Origin: Escherichia coli
Lineage (GTDB): Bacteria; Pseudomonadota; Gammaproteobacteria; Enterobacterales; Enterobacteriaceae
Strand: one strand, 5' to 3'
Length of the DNA: 64,000 bases
Assembly: GCF_044324785.1 (NCBI RefSeq)
Contig: NZ_CP172127.1
Shown here: positions 43,477 through 56,347 of the stretch, piece after piece
Position numbering within the stretch: position 1 is the stretch's first letter
How the letters are laid out: every line of letters starts with the position of its first letter
The notes under the pieces: model-generated
Seen by the model: the letters and a program-made list of their open reading frames with translations, nothing else
Database searches by the model: none
What the model was told of the DNA's origin: nothing
Translations under genes and position numbers: made by a program

Positions 43477-46149
43477 CTACAGCAAGCTCTTGACATAACT
43501 GTCAATGTCGCTGATGTATTTTTCTATTCCTGGAACTTCCTTCTCACGAATCAGATGTTCCAGCGTTTCACATAACTGCTTGCCGGGTACCAGATTTAGC
43601 ATGGCAAATACGCCTTTAAGACGATGAGCCGTTTGGGCTAACGCAGCAAAGTCACTGGTTGCTGCTTCAGTATACAGCCTCTTAACATCATCCGGTACTG
43701 TGTCTACAAAGAGCGCATAATAGCCGCTGGCATGGAGTTGCGCATTTTCATCTCCGCCCAGAGGCGATTCTGTCACCTCTTCCTGCGCCAGTTGCACTTC
43801 AATTAATTGTAAGACCGCTTCCTGCATAGCGTTGCTCATATTGAAGTTGACGCACAATTGACCAGGTCCAATTTCCCGTACGCCAGACTCATCATCGCTT
43901 AAAAGCAAGCCAGAGGCAGTAAGATTAGACGGATTATCCGTTAAAAAGATATCATAATCTTGACTAATTAATCTTTCATCGGGTGTGATACAGGTTGCAC
44001 CCCAATTTTCTAACTGGCGAGTGACAATATTCCGAATTTCTGCCGAAGTAACATCCACCATTACGCAGACATCATCCAGTAATCGCTCTTCTTCCTCTTC
44101 AACTTCCGGGTCAGCTGCGAGCATTTTGATATGCACAGAGTAGCGTGTACCAAGCCCATCCCGCGTTTTGATGTTTAAATGACCGCCCAGTTTACGCGCC
44201 AGTTGATCGCTCAGCCAGAATGCCAGCGGGTCCGCCTTGCCATAGCGATCGTTTTGGGTCTGGTTGATAAACGGGAAGTGCAAATTATCCATTTCATGAA
44301 TGCTTACGCCTTCTCCCGTGTCCAGAATGCGGAACGTCAGGCGGTCTTCGGAGGACTCATCCTGATCAACCTCAAGGGTGATTTTTCCCAATTGCGTTGA
44401 GGTCACGGCATATTGCATCAGTAGCAGCAAAATACGTCGTAAGGCATCGCGATCGCCGCGGCGCATATCGTGTGCTTTCAGATGATTGTTAATCAACAGT
44501 TGCAGACCTTTACGCTTGATAGCAGGCAACACTGAAGGCACAACTTCATCAATCAAATCCTGCACAGAGAACAGCACCGTCTCACTTTTCCAGCTATCGT
44601 CCGCAAGCATGTTCGCTAACTGTATTTCATCGACCAGCCGCACCAGCACATCTGCCTGATTCGCCAGTTGTTTGCTTTCCGGGGCGTTGAGTTTAGCCGC
44701 GCTCTCCGCCAGGGACTGTGCGGGTTCTTTCAGCGCATCGCCAATGTTTTTCATAAAGGTCATCCGCCCCTGCTGGTTTTTCTCATACAGACGCTGCGCC
44801 TGCTTGAGTTTCTTGTTTACCAGCACTTCGCGATCCTGATCGCGAATAATGAAAATTTGTGTGCGCGGCGCAACCTGGCTGCGGAACATGCGGATCTCAT
44901 ACAGCTCGTTATTAATCGTCGCCTGAATAATCCCCTGATGCTGTTCCGCCATGGTGGTGATGTTTTGCAGATTCAAATGCGGCAGCAAATGATCGGCAAT
45001 TTTGTTACTTATGACAGTGCGGTTCGATTCCTGATCGTGAACCAGCAGGCCGAGCGGCAGCAGTGAGACTATCTCTTCATTGATTGCCCGTAAAATGCGC
45101 AATTCGTTATTGACCGCCGTGTTGGGTAGACTTTCTGTACTGCGACTGGAGAAATGGCGAAATGTGGTATAGCCAAATAACGCCAGCGCCAGCAAACCGA
45201 TGTTCAGCAGCAGTGGCAGCAGAATGTTTTGCAACGTATCCAGCAATAAGGTGCCATAAGGAACCTGCCAGACCAGTCGCATATCGGTAGAGTTGAGTGC
45301 CGAGGAGATTTCAATCTTCGTACTGTTAAAGTGGATACTGACGCTATCCGTCCCTTCTTTCTCATTATCATTGTTTCCCGTTGCCGTCGCGTCTGGCTCA
45401 AGGCGGAAACTGTCCAGCGGCATACCCGGTGGGATCAAATCATTAATCGGCAGATCAAAAGCCACAACCGTTGCCAGATGTCCCGGCTGGTTGAACGTGG
45501 TACGCAAGGTAAAGTAATGACCGTTCTGCCAGGCCAGGCGGCGCATGTTAGAAAAGCTTTCGCGTTCATCGAGGGCGTTGGCCTGTTGCAACATCTCTGC
45601 ACGACGTGAATCAACAATGTCGCTGACGGTCGATTCTTTAAATCCGGAGGTGAGATCTTTAAGGGGCAGGGTTGAGATCAGCACCAGACTGTTATCCTGA
45701 CCATTAAGGTAATACATCGACCACGGTACATTTTCTGCGCCCCACAATGTGTCCAGATAGGTGGACATCCGTTGAGTCATCTCAAGCGTTGAGTTGTCGT
45801 GAGAGCCAAAGATTAACGCTTCCGTTTTGCGGCGTGGTTTCTCCAGATAGTAGACATCCTGTTTCAGGCGCGTCTCTTGTAAACCTTCGCCGGAGGAGGG
45901 GGAGGTCGTCGCGGCAATGTTGTCGTAGATCTGCCAGGTCACGTAACGCCAGGTATCGACGCGCTTTTGGATAGCGTGGGTAATGTCGACAATCTGGTAA
46001 CTTTTATCTTTCAGCCAGGCGTTAACGGCGCTTTGTACCATTACACCCATCGTCACCAGTAACACAATGATCAACAGTAAAAAGAAGCGGGTAATGCTCC
46101 CCGGTAGGAGTGAAAAGCGGGTCGTGGCCGTTGTCTCTTTCTGACGCAT
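43477..46149 (-). CDS. rcsD: Rcs phosphorelay phosphotransfer protein
   Basis: 890-aa ORF with TM N-terminus, degenerate kinase-like domain and C-terminal HPt domain. Confidence 0.9.
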   Translation of the reverse strand: MRQKETTATTRFSLLPGSITRFFLLLIIVLLVTMGVMVQSAVNAWLKDKSYQIVDITHAIQKRVDTWRYVTWQIYDNIAATTSPSSGEGLQETRLKQDVYYLEKPRRKTEALIFGSHDNSTLEMTQRMSTYLDTLWGAENVPWSMYYLNGQDNSLVLISTLPLKDLTSGFKESTVSDIVDSRRAEMLQQANALDERESFSNMRRLAWQNGHYFTLRTTFNQPGHLATVVAFDLPINDLIPPGMPLDSFRLEPDATATGNNDNEKEGTDSVSIHFNSTKIEISSALNSTDMRLVWQVPYGTLLLDTLQNILLPLLLNIGLLALALFGYTTFRHFSSRSTESLPNTAVNNELRILRAINEEIVSLLPLGLLVHDQESNRTVISNKIADHLLPHLNLQNITTMAEQHQGIIQATINNELYEIRMFRSQVAPRTQIFIIRDQDREVLVNKKLKQAQRLYEKNQQGRMTFMKNIGDALKEPAQSLAESAAKLNAPESKQLANQADVLVRLVDEIQLANMLADDSWKSETVLFSVQDLIDEVVPSVLPAIKRKGLQLLINNHLKAHDMRRGDRDALRRILLLLMQYAVTSTQLGKITLEVDQDESSEDRLTFRILDTGEGVSIHEMDNLHFPFINQTQNDRYGKADPLAFWLSDQLARKLGGHLNIKTRDGLGTRYSVHIKMLAADPEVEEEEERLLDDVCVMVDVTSAEIRNIVTRQLENWGATCITPDERLISQDYDIFLTDNPSNLTASGLLLSDDESGVREIGPGQLCVNFNMSNAMQEAVLQLIEVQLAQEEVTESPLGGDENAQLHASGYYALFVDTVPDDVKRLYTEAATSDFAALAQTAHRLKGVFAMLNLVPGKQLCETLEHLIREKEVPGIEKYISDIDSYVKSLL

Positions 46150-46460
46150 TCGTGTTTATGACCTGTTAAAACTTCGCGAAGTGATAGGGCAGTATAAAGG
46201 GTACAGTGTGAAATTCCAGACTCTTACCTGATTGATGATTCTCTATTCTCCCGTGATATTTATCATCCTGCATTGGGGAAAATAGATGTACAAGCGCCAT
46301 TTTGCTGTACAAATAACCTACAAAAAGCCCAACGAAATTAATTGCAAATAAACGAAGATTGCTGGAAATTATGCTGATGTTAATTATTTGTGAAATAGTT
46401 AACAAGCGTTATAGTTTTTCTATGGTAGCACAGAATAATGAAAAGTGTGTAAAGAAGGGT

Positions 46461-46554
46461 AAAAAAAAACCGGATGCGAGGCATCCGGTTGAAATAGGGG
46501 TAAACAGACATTCAGAAATGAATGACGGTAATAAATAAAGTTAATGATGATAGC
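46461..46554 (-). ncRNA. micF: MicF antisense small RNA
   Basis: Minus-strand sequence GCTATCATCATTAACTTTATTTATTACCGTCATTCATTTCTGAATGTCTGTTTACCCCTATTTCAACCGGATGCCTCGCATCCGG followed by a T-run, divergent from ompC. Confidence 0.85.
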
Positions 46555-46639
46555 GGGAGTTATTCTAGTTGCGAGTGAAGGTTTTGTTTTGACATTCAGT
46601 GCTGTCAAATACTTAAGAATAAGTTATTGATTTTAACCT

Positions 46640-48016
<1,377 letters not shown>

Positions 48017-48033
48017 TCTCGATTGATATCGAA

Positions 48034-48058
48034 CAAAGGGCCTGCGGGCCCTTTTTTC
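48034..48058 (+). terminator. Rho-independent terminator of ompC
   Basis: GC hairpin aaagggcctgcgggccc followed by a T-run. Confidence 0.7.
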
Positions 48059-48127
48059 ATTGTTTTCAGCGTACAAACTCAGTTTTTTGGTGTACTCTTG
48101 CGACCGTTCGCATGAGGATAATCACGT

Positions 48128-49183
48128 ATGGAAATAAGCTTTACCCGCGTGGCACTGCTGGCTGCCGCGCTCTTCTTTGTTGGTTGCGATCAAAAACCAC
48201 AACCCGCCAAAACCCACGCTATTGAAGTTACCGTTCTTGAAGGCAAAACCATGGGTACGTTCTGGCGTGCCAGCATTCCGGGCATTGACGCCAAACGCAG
48301 TGCCGAACTTAAAGAAAAGATTCAGACCCAGCTGGACGCTGACGATCAGCTGCTTTCGACCTATAAAAAAGATTCCGCGCTGATGCGCTTTAACGATTCG
48401 CAAAGTTTATCGCCGTGGCCGGTAAGTGAAGCGATGGCCGATATCGTCACCACCTCGCTGCGCATTGGCGCAAGGACCGATGGTGCGATGGATATAACCG
48501 TCGGGCCGCTGGTGAATCTGTGGGGCTTTGGTCCGGAACAACAGCCGGTTCAAATTCCGAGCCAGGAACAAATTGATGCGATGAAAGCCAAAACCGGCTT
48601 ACAGCACCTGACGGTCATTAATCAGTCGCATCAGCAATATCTGCAAAAAGACCTGCCGGATTTATATGTCGATCTCTCCACCGTCGGCGAAGGCTATGCG
48701 GCGGATCATCTGGCACGCTTGATGGAGCAGGAAGGGATTTCCCGCTATCTGGTGTCGGTGGGCGGCGCGCTGAACAGCCGTGGTATGAACGGTGAAGGCC
48801 TGCCGTGGCGGGTAGCGATTCAAAAACCAACCGATAAAGAAAACGCGGTTCAGGCTGTGGTGGATATCAACGGTCATGGGATTAGCACCTCTGGCAGCTA
48901 CCGTAACTATTACGAACTGGACGGCAAACGTCTTTCCCATGTTATCGATCCGCAAACCGGGCGTCCCATCGAACACAATCTGGTATCCGTGACGGTGATT
49001 GCCCCGACGGCGCTGGAAGCCGATGCCTGGGATACTGGCTTGATGGTACTGGGGCCGGAGAAAGCCAAAGAGGTTGTTCGCCGGGAAGGGCTGGCGGTCT
49101 ACATGATCACCAAAGAAGGTGATAGCTTTAAAACCTGGATGTCGCCGCAGTTTAAAAGCTTCCTTATCAGCGAAAAAAATTAA
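48128..49183 (+). CDS. apbE: FAD:protein FMN transferase lipoprotein
   Basis: 351-aa ORF with lipoprotein signal (LLAAALFFVGC) and ApbE-family domain. Confidence 0.85.
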   Translation: MEISFTRVALLAAALFFVGCDQKPQPAKTHAIEVTVLEGKTMGTFWRASIPGIDAKRSAELKEKIQTQLDADDQLLSTYKKDSALMRFNDSQSLSPWPVSEAMADIVTTSLRIGARTDGAMDITVGPLVNLWGFGPEQQPVQIPSQEQIDAMKAKTGLQHLTVINQSHQQYLQKDLPDLYVDLSTVGEGYAADHLARLMEQEGISRYLVSVGGALNSRGMNGEGLPWRVAIQKPTDKENAVQAVVDINGHGISTSGSYRNYYELDGKRLSHVIDPQTGRPIEHNLVSVTVIAPTALEADAWDTGLMVLGPEKAKEVVRREGLAVYMITKEGDSFKTWMSPQFKSFLISEKN

Positions 49184-49256
49184 AGCGCAAGATTGTTGGT
49201 TTTTGCGTGATGGTGACCGGGCAGACTAAAGGCTATCCTTAACCAGGGAGCTGATT
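49182..49256 (+). promoter_or_regulatory. ada promoter with Ada box
   Basis: AAAGCGCA at 49182-49189 followed by gattgttggtttttgcgtgatggtgaccgg, as recalled for the ada promoter. Confidence 0.6.
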
Positions 49257-50321
49257 ATGAAAAACGCCACATGCTTAACTGACGATCAACGCTGGCAATC
49301 TGTCTTAGCCCGCGACCCGAATGCCGACGGCGAATTCGTTTTCGCCGTGCGCACCACGGGCATCTTTTGCCGTCCGTCTTGCCGAGCCAGACATGCCTTG
49401 AGGGAAAATGTCTCCTTCTACGCAAATGCCAGCGAGGCACTGGCCGCCGGATTTCGCCCCTGCAAACGTTGTCAGCCAGACAAAGCCAATCCCCGGCAAC
49501 ATCGCCTTGATAAAATTACCCACGCCTGCCGACTTCTGGAACAGGAAACGCCTGTAACGCTGGAAACCTTAGCCGACCAGGTGGCGATGAGTCCATTTCA
49601 TTTGCATCGGTTGTTTAAAGCGACTACCGGAATGACGCCGAAAGCCTGGCAACAGACCTGGCGCGCTCGTCGTTTGCGCGAGTCGTTAGCGAAAGGGGAG
49701 AGCGTGACGACGTCTATTCTTAACGCCGGATTCCCCGACAGCAGCAGTTACTACCGCAAAGCTGACGAAACGCTGGGCATGACGGCTAAACAATTCCGTC
49801 ACGGTGGCGAAAATCTGGCGGTGCGTTACGCGCTGGCTGATTGTGAGCTGGGTCGTTGCCTGGTGGCAGAAAGCGAGCGGGGGATTTGCGCGATATTGCT
49901 GGGCGATGATGACGCGACACTAATCAGCGAGTTGCAGCAGATGTTTCCCGCTGCCGACAACGCGCCTGCCGATCTGACGTTTCAGCAACATGTGCGTGAA
50001 GTGATCGCCAGCCTCAATCAACGCGATACGCCGCTGACGTTACCGCTGGACATTCGCGGCACTGCTTTTCAGCAACAAGTCTGGCAGGCACTGCGCACTA
50101 TACCTTGTGGTGAAACCGTCAGTTATCAGCAACTGGCGAACGCCATCGGCAAACCGAAAGCGGTACGGGCCGTTGCCAGCGCCTGTGCCGCCAACAAGCT
50201 CGCTATCGTAATACCCTGTCATCGGGTAGTCCGTGGTGATGGCACACTTTCCGGTTACCGCTGGGGCGTGTCGCGTAAAGCGCAACTGCTGCGTCGCGAA
50301 GCTGAAAATGAGGAGAGGTAA
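49257..50321 (+). CDS. ada: Bifunctional Ada regulator / O6-methylguanine-DNA methyltransferase
   Basis: 354-aa ORF with N-terminal Cys4 zinc methyl-acceptor domain, AraC HTH, and C-terminal PCHRV active site. Confidence 0.9.
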   Translation: MKNATCLTDDQRWQSVLARDPNADGEFVFAVRTTGIFCRPSCRARHALRENVSFYANASEALAAGFRPCKRCQPDKANPRQHRLDKITHACRLLEQETPVTLETLADQVAMSPFHLHRLFKATTGMTPKAWQQTWRARRLRESLAKGESVTTSILNAGFPDSSSYYRKADETLGMTAKQFRHGGENLAVRYALADCELGRCLVAESERGICAILLGDDDATLISELQQMFPAADNAPADLTFQQHVREVIASLNQRDTPLTLPLDIRGTAFQQQVWQALRTIPCGETVSYQQLANAIGKPKAVRAVASACAANKLAIVIPCHRVVRGDGTLSGYRWGVSRKAQLLRREAENEER

Positions 50322-50971
50322 TGTTGGATCTGTTTGCCGATGCTGAACCGTGGCAAGAGCCACTGGCGGCTGGTGCGGTGATTTTGCACCGTTTTGCTTT
50401 CAACGCTGCGGAGCAACTGATCCGCGATATTAATGACGTTGCCAGCCAGTCGCCGTTTCGCCAGATGGTCACCCCCGGGGGATATACCATGTCTGTGGCG
50501 ATGACTAACTGTGGGAATCTGGGCTGGACGACCAATCGGCAAGGTTATCTCTATTCGCCCATTGATCCGCAAACAAATAAACCGTGGCCCGCCATGCCAC
50601 AAAGCTTTCATGATTTATGTCAACGTGCGGCTACGGCGGCGGGCTATCCAGATTTCCAGCCAGATGCTTGTCTTATCAACCGCTACGCTCCTGGCGCGAA
50701 ACTGTCGCTGCATCAGGATAAAGACGAACCGGATCTGCGCGCGCCGATTGTTTCTGTTTCTCTGGGCTTACCCGCGATTTTTCAATTTGGCGGCCTGAAA
50801 CGAAATGATCCGTTAAAACGATTGTTGTTGGAACATGGCGACGTTGTGGTGTGGGGCGGTGAGTCGCGGCTGTTTTATCATGGGATTCAACCGTTGAAAG
50901 CGGGGGTTCATCCACTCACCGCCGACTGCCGCTACAACCTGACATTCCGTCAGGCAGGTAAAAAAGAATAA
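50321..50971 (+). CDS. alkB: Alpha-ketoglutarate-dependent dioxygenase for DNA alkylation repair
   Basis: 216-aa ORF, start overlaps the ada stop, 2OG-Fe(II) oxygenase motifs. Confidence 0.9.
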   Translation: MLDLFADAEPWQEPLAAGAVILHRFAFNAAEQLIRDINDVASQSPFRQMVTPGGYTMSVAMTNCGNLGWTTNRQGYLYSPIDPQTNKPWPAMPQSFHDLCQRAATAAGYPDFQPDACLINRYAPGAKLSLHQDKDEPDLRAPIVSVSLGLPAIFQFGGLKRNDPLKRLLLEHGDVVVWGGESRLFYHGIQPLKAGVHPLTADCRYNLTFRQAGKKE

Positions 50972-51046
50972 AAATAAGAATTATTATTGCTGTGTGCGCG
51001 AAGATGTTTAAACTGCGGGCTGTAATTCATTGTCCGGGTTTTCTGC

Positions 51047-52690
51047 ATGGAACTTCTTGTACTTGTCTGGCGGCAGTATCGCTGGCCATTTATCAGTGTG
51101 ATGGCGCTAAGCCTCGCCAGTGCGGCATTAGGCATTGGCTTAATTGCTTTTATCAATCAGCGCCTTATCGAAACGGCGGATACCAGTCTGCTGGTGTTGC
51201 CGGAGTTTCTGGGATTATTGCTGCTGTTGATGGCAGTCACTCTCGGATCGCAACTGGCGCTCACCACTTTGGGGCATCACTTCGTTTACCGACTGCGTAG
51301 TGAATTTATCAAGCGGATTCTGGATACCCACGTCGAGCGCATTGAACAACTTGGTAGCGCCTCGTTGCTGGCGGGGTTAACCAGCGATGTGCGCAATATC
51401 ACCATTGCTTTTGTGCGTCTGCCGGAACTGGTGCAGGGGATCATTCTCACTATCGGTTCAGCGGCGTATTTGTGGATGCTGTCGGGCAAAATGTTGCTGG
51501 TAACGGCTATCTGGATGGCAGTCACCATCTGGGGTGGTTTTGTACTGGTGGCGCGGGTGTACAAACACATGGCGACCCTGCGTGAAACCGAAGACAAGCT
51601 GTACACGGATTTTCAAACCGTACTCGAAGGGCGCAAAGAGCTGACTCTGAACCGGGAACGCGCCGAGTATGTGTTTAACAACCTCTACATTCCTGATGCG
51701 CAAGAGTATCGCCATCATATTATTCGCGCAGACACCTTCCATCTTAGTGCCGTGAACTGGTCAAACATCATGATGCTGGGCGCAATCGGCCTGGTGTTCT
51801 GGATGGCGAACAGTCTCGGTTGGGCTGATACCAACGTTGCCGCGACCTATTCGTTGACGCTGTTATTCCTGCGTACGCCGCTGCTTTCGGCGGTTGGCGC
51901 ATTACCGACGCTGCTGACGGCGCAGGTGGCGTTTAACAAGCTGAACAAATTCGCGCTCGCACCTTTCAAAGCAGAGTTTCCACGCCCGCAGGCGTTTCCC
52001 AACTGGCAAACGCTGGAGCTGCGTAACGTGACGTTTGCTTATCAGGATAATGCGTTTTCCGTTGGGCCGATTAACCTCACCATTAAACGTGGCGAGCTGC
52101 TGTTTCTGATTGGTGGCAACGGTAGTGGAAAATCGACGCTGGCGATGTTGCTGACGGGCTTGTATCAGCCACAAAGCGGCGAAATCTTGCTGGATGGCAA
52201 ACCTGTCAGCGGCGAACAACCGGAAGATTATCGCAAACTGTTTTCGGCAGTGTTTACCGATGTCTGGCTGTTTGATCAACTGCTGGGGCCGGAGGGGCAA
52301 CCCGCTAACCCGCAACTGGTTGAGAAGTGGCTGGCGCAGCTGAAAATGGCTCATAAGCTTGAGTTAAGCAACGGGCGTATTGTTAACCTGAAGTTATCAA
52401 AAGGGCAGAAAAAACGCGTGGCGCTGTTGCTGGCGCTGGCAGAAGAACGCGATATTATCCTGCTGGATGAATGGGCGGCGGATCAGGACCCACACTTCCG
52501 TCGTGAGTTTTATCAGGTGTTGCTGCCGCTGATGCAGGAGATGGGTAAAACGATTTTCGCCATCAGTCATGATGATCATTACTTTATCCACGCCGACCGC
52601 CTGCTGGAAATGCGCAACGGGCAACTTAGCGAGCTGACGGGCGAAGAGCGCGATGCCGCTTCGCGTGATGCTGTTGCCCGGACGGCATAA
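51047..52690 (+). CDS. yojI: ABC transporter, fused permease/ATPase (microcin J25 efflux type)
   Basis: 547-aa ORF with TM domain and Walker A (GGNGSGKST), ABC signature and Walker B. Confidence 0.85.
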   Translation: MELLVLVWRQYRWPFISVMALSLASAALGIGLIAFINQRLIETADTSLLVLPEFLGLLLLLMAVTLGSQLALTTLGHHFVYRLRSEFIKRILDTHVERIEQLGSASLLAGLTSDVRNITIAFVRLPELVQGIILTIGSAAYLWMLSGKMLLVTAIWMAVTIWGGFVLVARVYKHMATLRETEDKLYTDFQTVLEGRKELTLNRERAEYVFNNLYIPDAQEYRHHIIRADTFHLSAVNWSNIMMLGAIGLVFWMANSLGWADTNVAATYSLTLLFLRTPLLSAVGALPTLLTAQVAFNKLNKFALAPFKAEFPRPQAFPNWQTLELRNVTFAYQDNAFSVGPINLTIKRGELLFLIGGNGSGKSTLAMLLTGLYQPQSGEILLDGKPVSGEQPEDYRKLFSAVFTDVWLFDQLLGPEGQPANPQLVEKWLAQLKMAHKLELSNGRIVNLKLSKGQKKRVALLLALAEERDIILLDEWAADQDPHFRREFYQVLLPLMQEMGKTIFAISHDDHYFIHADRLLEMRNGQLSELTGEERDAASRDAVARTA

Positions 52691-52895
52691 TATTACGACG
52701 CTGACCTGGCGGACTGCTGCCGCCAGGTCAATATGCTAAGAATCCCTTCATTTCTAATAACCCTATAATTAATCAACGAAATTATAATGTTTCTAAAATT
52801 AGAATATAATTTATAAACATTATTTAAATGTTGTTACTTAAGTGTTACCGTTGATGCCGCGCAAATCTCACCTGCAATAAAGCGACTAAAAGTAA

Positions 52896-54554
<1,659 letters not shown>

Positions 54555-54559
54555 TGATG

Positions 54560-54685
54560 TGCCACATCCGGCATGGTATGCCGGATGTGGCGTATGCTGA
54601 TAAGACGCGCCAGCGTCGCATCAGGCAACCGGCTTGGGCGTTAGATGTCGGATGCGGCGTGACCGCCTTATCCGACCTACGGGGT
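54560..54685. repeat. REP/BIME palindromic unit cluster
   Basis: gccacatccggcatggtatgccggatgtggc and related palindromes between mqo and eco. Confidence 0.65.
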
Positions 54686-54703
54686 GCCGCACTTCACGGC
54701 AGT

Positions 54704-55192
54704 TTAGCGGACTACCGCGTTGTCAATTTTCTCTTCCGCCTTCCAGATGCGGTATTTCACATCCACATTGTCTGGCGTATACACCACGATAGGCAGCTTG
54801 CTGTTGTAGCGCAGCATTCCGGCATCGCCCAGATAGGCAGTGACAAATTTCTTCTCTTTTTTGCCATCCGGGCAGGCCATCATCGTGGAAACCGGCGAGC
54901 TAACTTTATCAAAGACGTAATAATCATAGCCCCAGCCTTCCAGCGTTTTGCTTTCCAGCTTCCCGCCGAGACGATGCAAATTGCAGTCGACTTCCAGCGT
55001 CTGACCGATTAACAGTTCTACTTTCAGGGTAGATTCATCTTTTTGCGGGGTTAACTGAATCACCTGACGCTTCATCCCTTTTTCAGCTTGTGGATAAGGC
55101 GCGATTTTTTCCAGTGGCTGGACGCTTTCTGCCGCCCAGGCGGAAGTGGTAGCGAAAGCGGCAAACAATACTGCAGGTAGAATGGTCTTCAT
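54704..55192 (-). CDS. eco: Ecotin, periplasmic serine protease inhibitor
   Basis: Start placed at [20 protein letters not shown] (signal peptide), 162 aa; ORF track extends 7 codons upstream. Confidence 0.85.
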   Translation of the reverse strand: MKTILPAVLFAAFATTSAWAAESVQPLEKIAPYPQAEKGMKRQVIQLTPQKDESTLKVELLIGQTLEVDCNLHRLGGKLESKTLEGWGYDYYVFDKVSSPVSTMMACPDGKKEKKFVTAYLGDAGMLRYNSKLPIVVYTPDNVDVKYRIWKAEEKIDNAVVR

Positions 55193-55451
55193 TTTTTTGC
55201 TTTCCTTCTTCATTTATAGGTTTTCACCGATGATGTCGCTGAAGGTTAACATATTCATCAGATTTATTAATTTGCTTTATGAATAACTTAAAGAACATTC
55301 AGATAATTTTACCTGCTCTTTTAGTGTTAAATTCTGATGAGGGAGCAAACCAGCAGAAATATCTCTGGCGAATTAATCGCTATATAAATATGTTTATAAC
55401 CATTTGAAATGTGAGCAAAAGCCCGTTTTTGCCACGCTTCCCGCCACTCTT

Positions 55452-55486
55452 TTGATCCTGCTACAGGTTTTACCCCGATCGGGGTA
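55452..55486 (+). promoter_or_regulatory. napF promoter: FNR site and NarP/NarL 7-2-7 heptamer pair
   Basis: TTGATcctgCTACA at 55452-55465 and perfect palindrome TACCCCGATCGGGGTA at 55471-55486; 20-bp centre spacing matches the recalled -64.5 / -44.5 arrangement. Confidence 0.65.
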
Positions 55487-55599
55487 TGCATCTTTGACAC
55501 ATCCTTTAATATCTTAGCGGCTATAAAAATGGCTTATTAATTATGCGGTTTATTTGGTCGCTCTCAATTTTCAGAGCGCGTTAATGATGGAAGGTCAAT

Positions 55600-56094
55600 G
55601 TGAAGATTGATGCATCCCGTCGGGGCATACTCACTGGTCGCTGGCGCAAAGCCAGTAACGGTATCCGTCCGCCCTGGTCCGGTGATGAATCTCATTTTCT
55701 GACCCATTGCACCCGCTGCGACGCCTGTATTAATGCTTGTGAAAACAACATTCTGCAACGCGGCGCGGGCGGCTATCCGAGCGTTAACTTCAAAAATAAC
55801 GAGTGCAGCTTCTGTTACGCCTGCGCGCAGGCTTGCCCCGAATCGCTATTTTCTCCGCGCCACACCAGGGCCTGGGATTTGCAGTTCACCATTGGGGACG
55901 CGTGCCTGGCGTATCAGTCAGTTGAATGCCGCCGCTGTCAGGATAGCTGTGAGCCAATGGCAATTATCTTTCGCCCGACGCTCTCCGGGATCTACCAGCC
56001 GCAACTTAATAGCCAACTTTGCAACGGATGTGGAGCATGTGCAGCCAGCTGTCCGGTATCAGCCATAACTGCGGAGTATCTCCATGCACACTAA
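55600..56094 (+). CDS. napF: Ferredoxin-type protein NapF
   Basis: 164-aa ORF with GTG start and several 4Fe-4S Cys clusters. Confidence 0.85.
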   Translation: MKIDASRRGILTGRWRKASNGIRPPWSGDESHFLTHCTRCDACINACENNILQRGAGGYPSVNFKNNECSFCYACAQACPESLFSPRHTRAWDLQFTIGDACLAYQSVECRRCQDSCEPMAIIFRPTLSGIYQPQLNSQLCNGCGACAASCPVSAITAEYLHAH

Positions 56095-56347
56095 CTGGCA
56101 AGTTTGCAGCCTGGTCGTGCAGGCCAAAAGCGAACGAATTTCAGACATCAGCACCCAACTGAACGCCTTTCCCGGCTGTGAAGTTGCTGTCAGCGACGCG
56201 CCGAGCGGTCAGCTGATTGTGGTGGTGGAAGCAGAAGACAGCGAAACGCTGATCCAAACCATTGAGTCAGTACGCAACGTAGAGGGCGTGCTGGCGGTGT
56301 CGCTGGTTTATCACCAGCAGGAAGAGCAAGGTGAGGAAACACCATGA
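56084..56347 (+). CDS. napD: NapA chaperone NapD
   Basis: 87-aa ORF overlapping napF end and napA start. Confidence 0.85.
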   Translation: MHTNWQVCSLVVQAKSERISDISTQLNAFPGCEVAVSDAPSGQLIVVVEAEDSETLIQTIESVRNVEGVLAVSLVYHQQEEQGEETP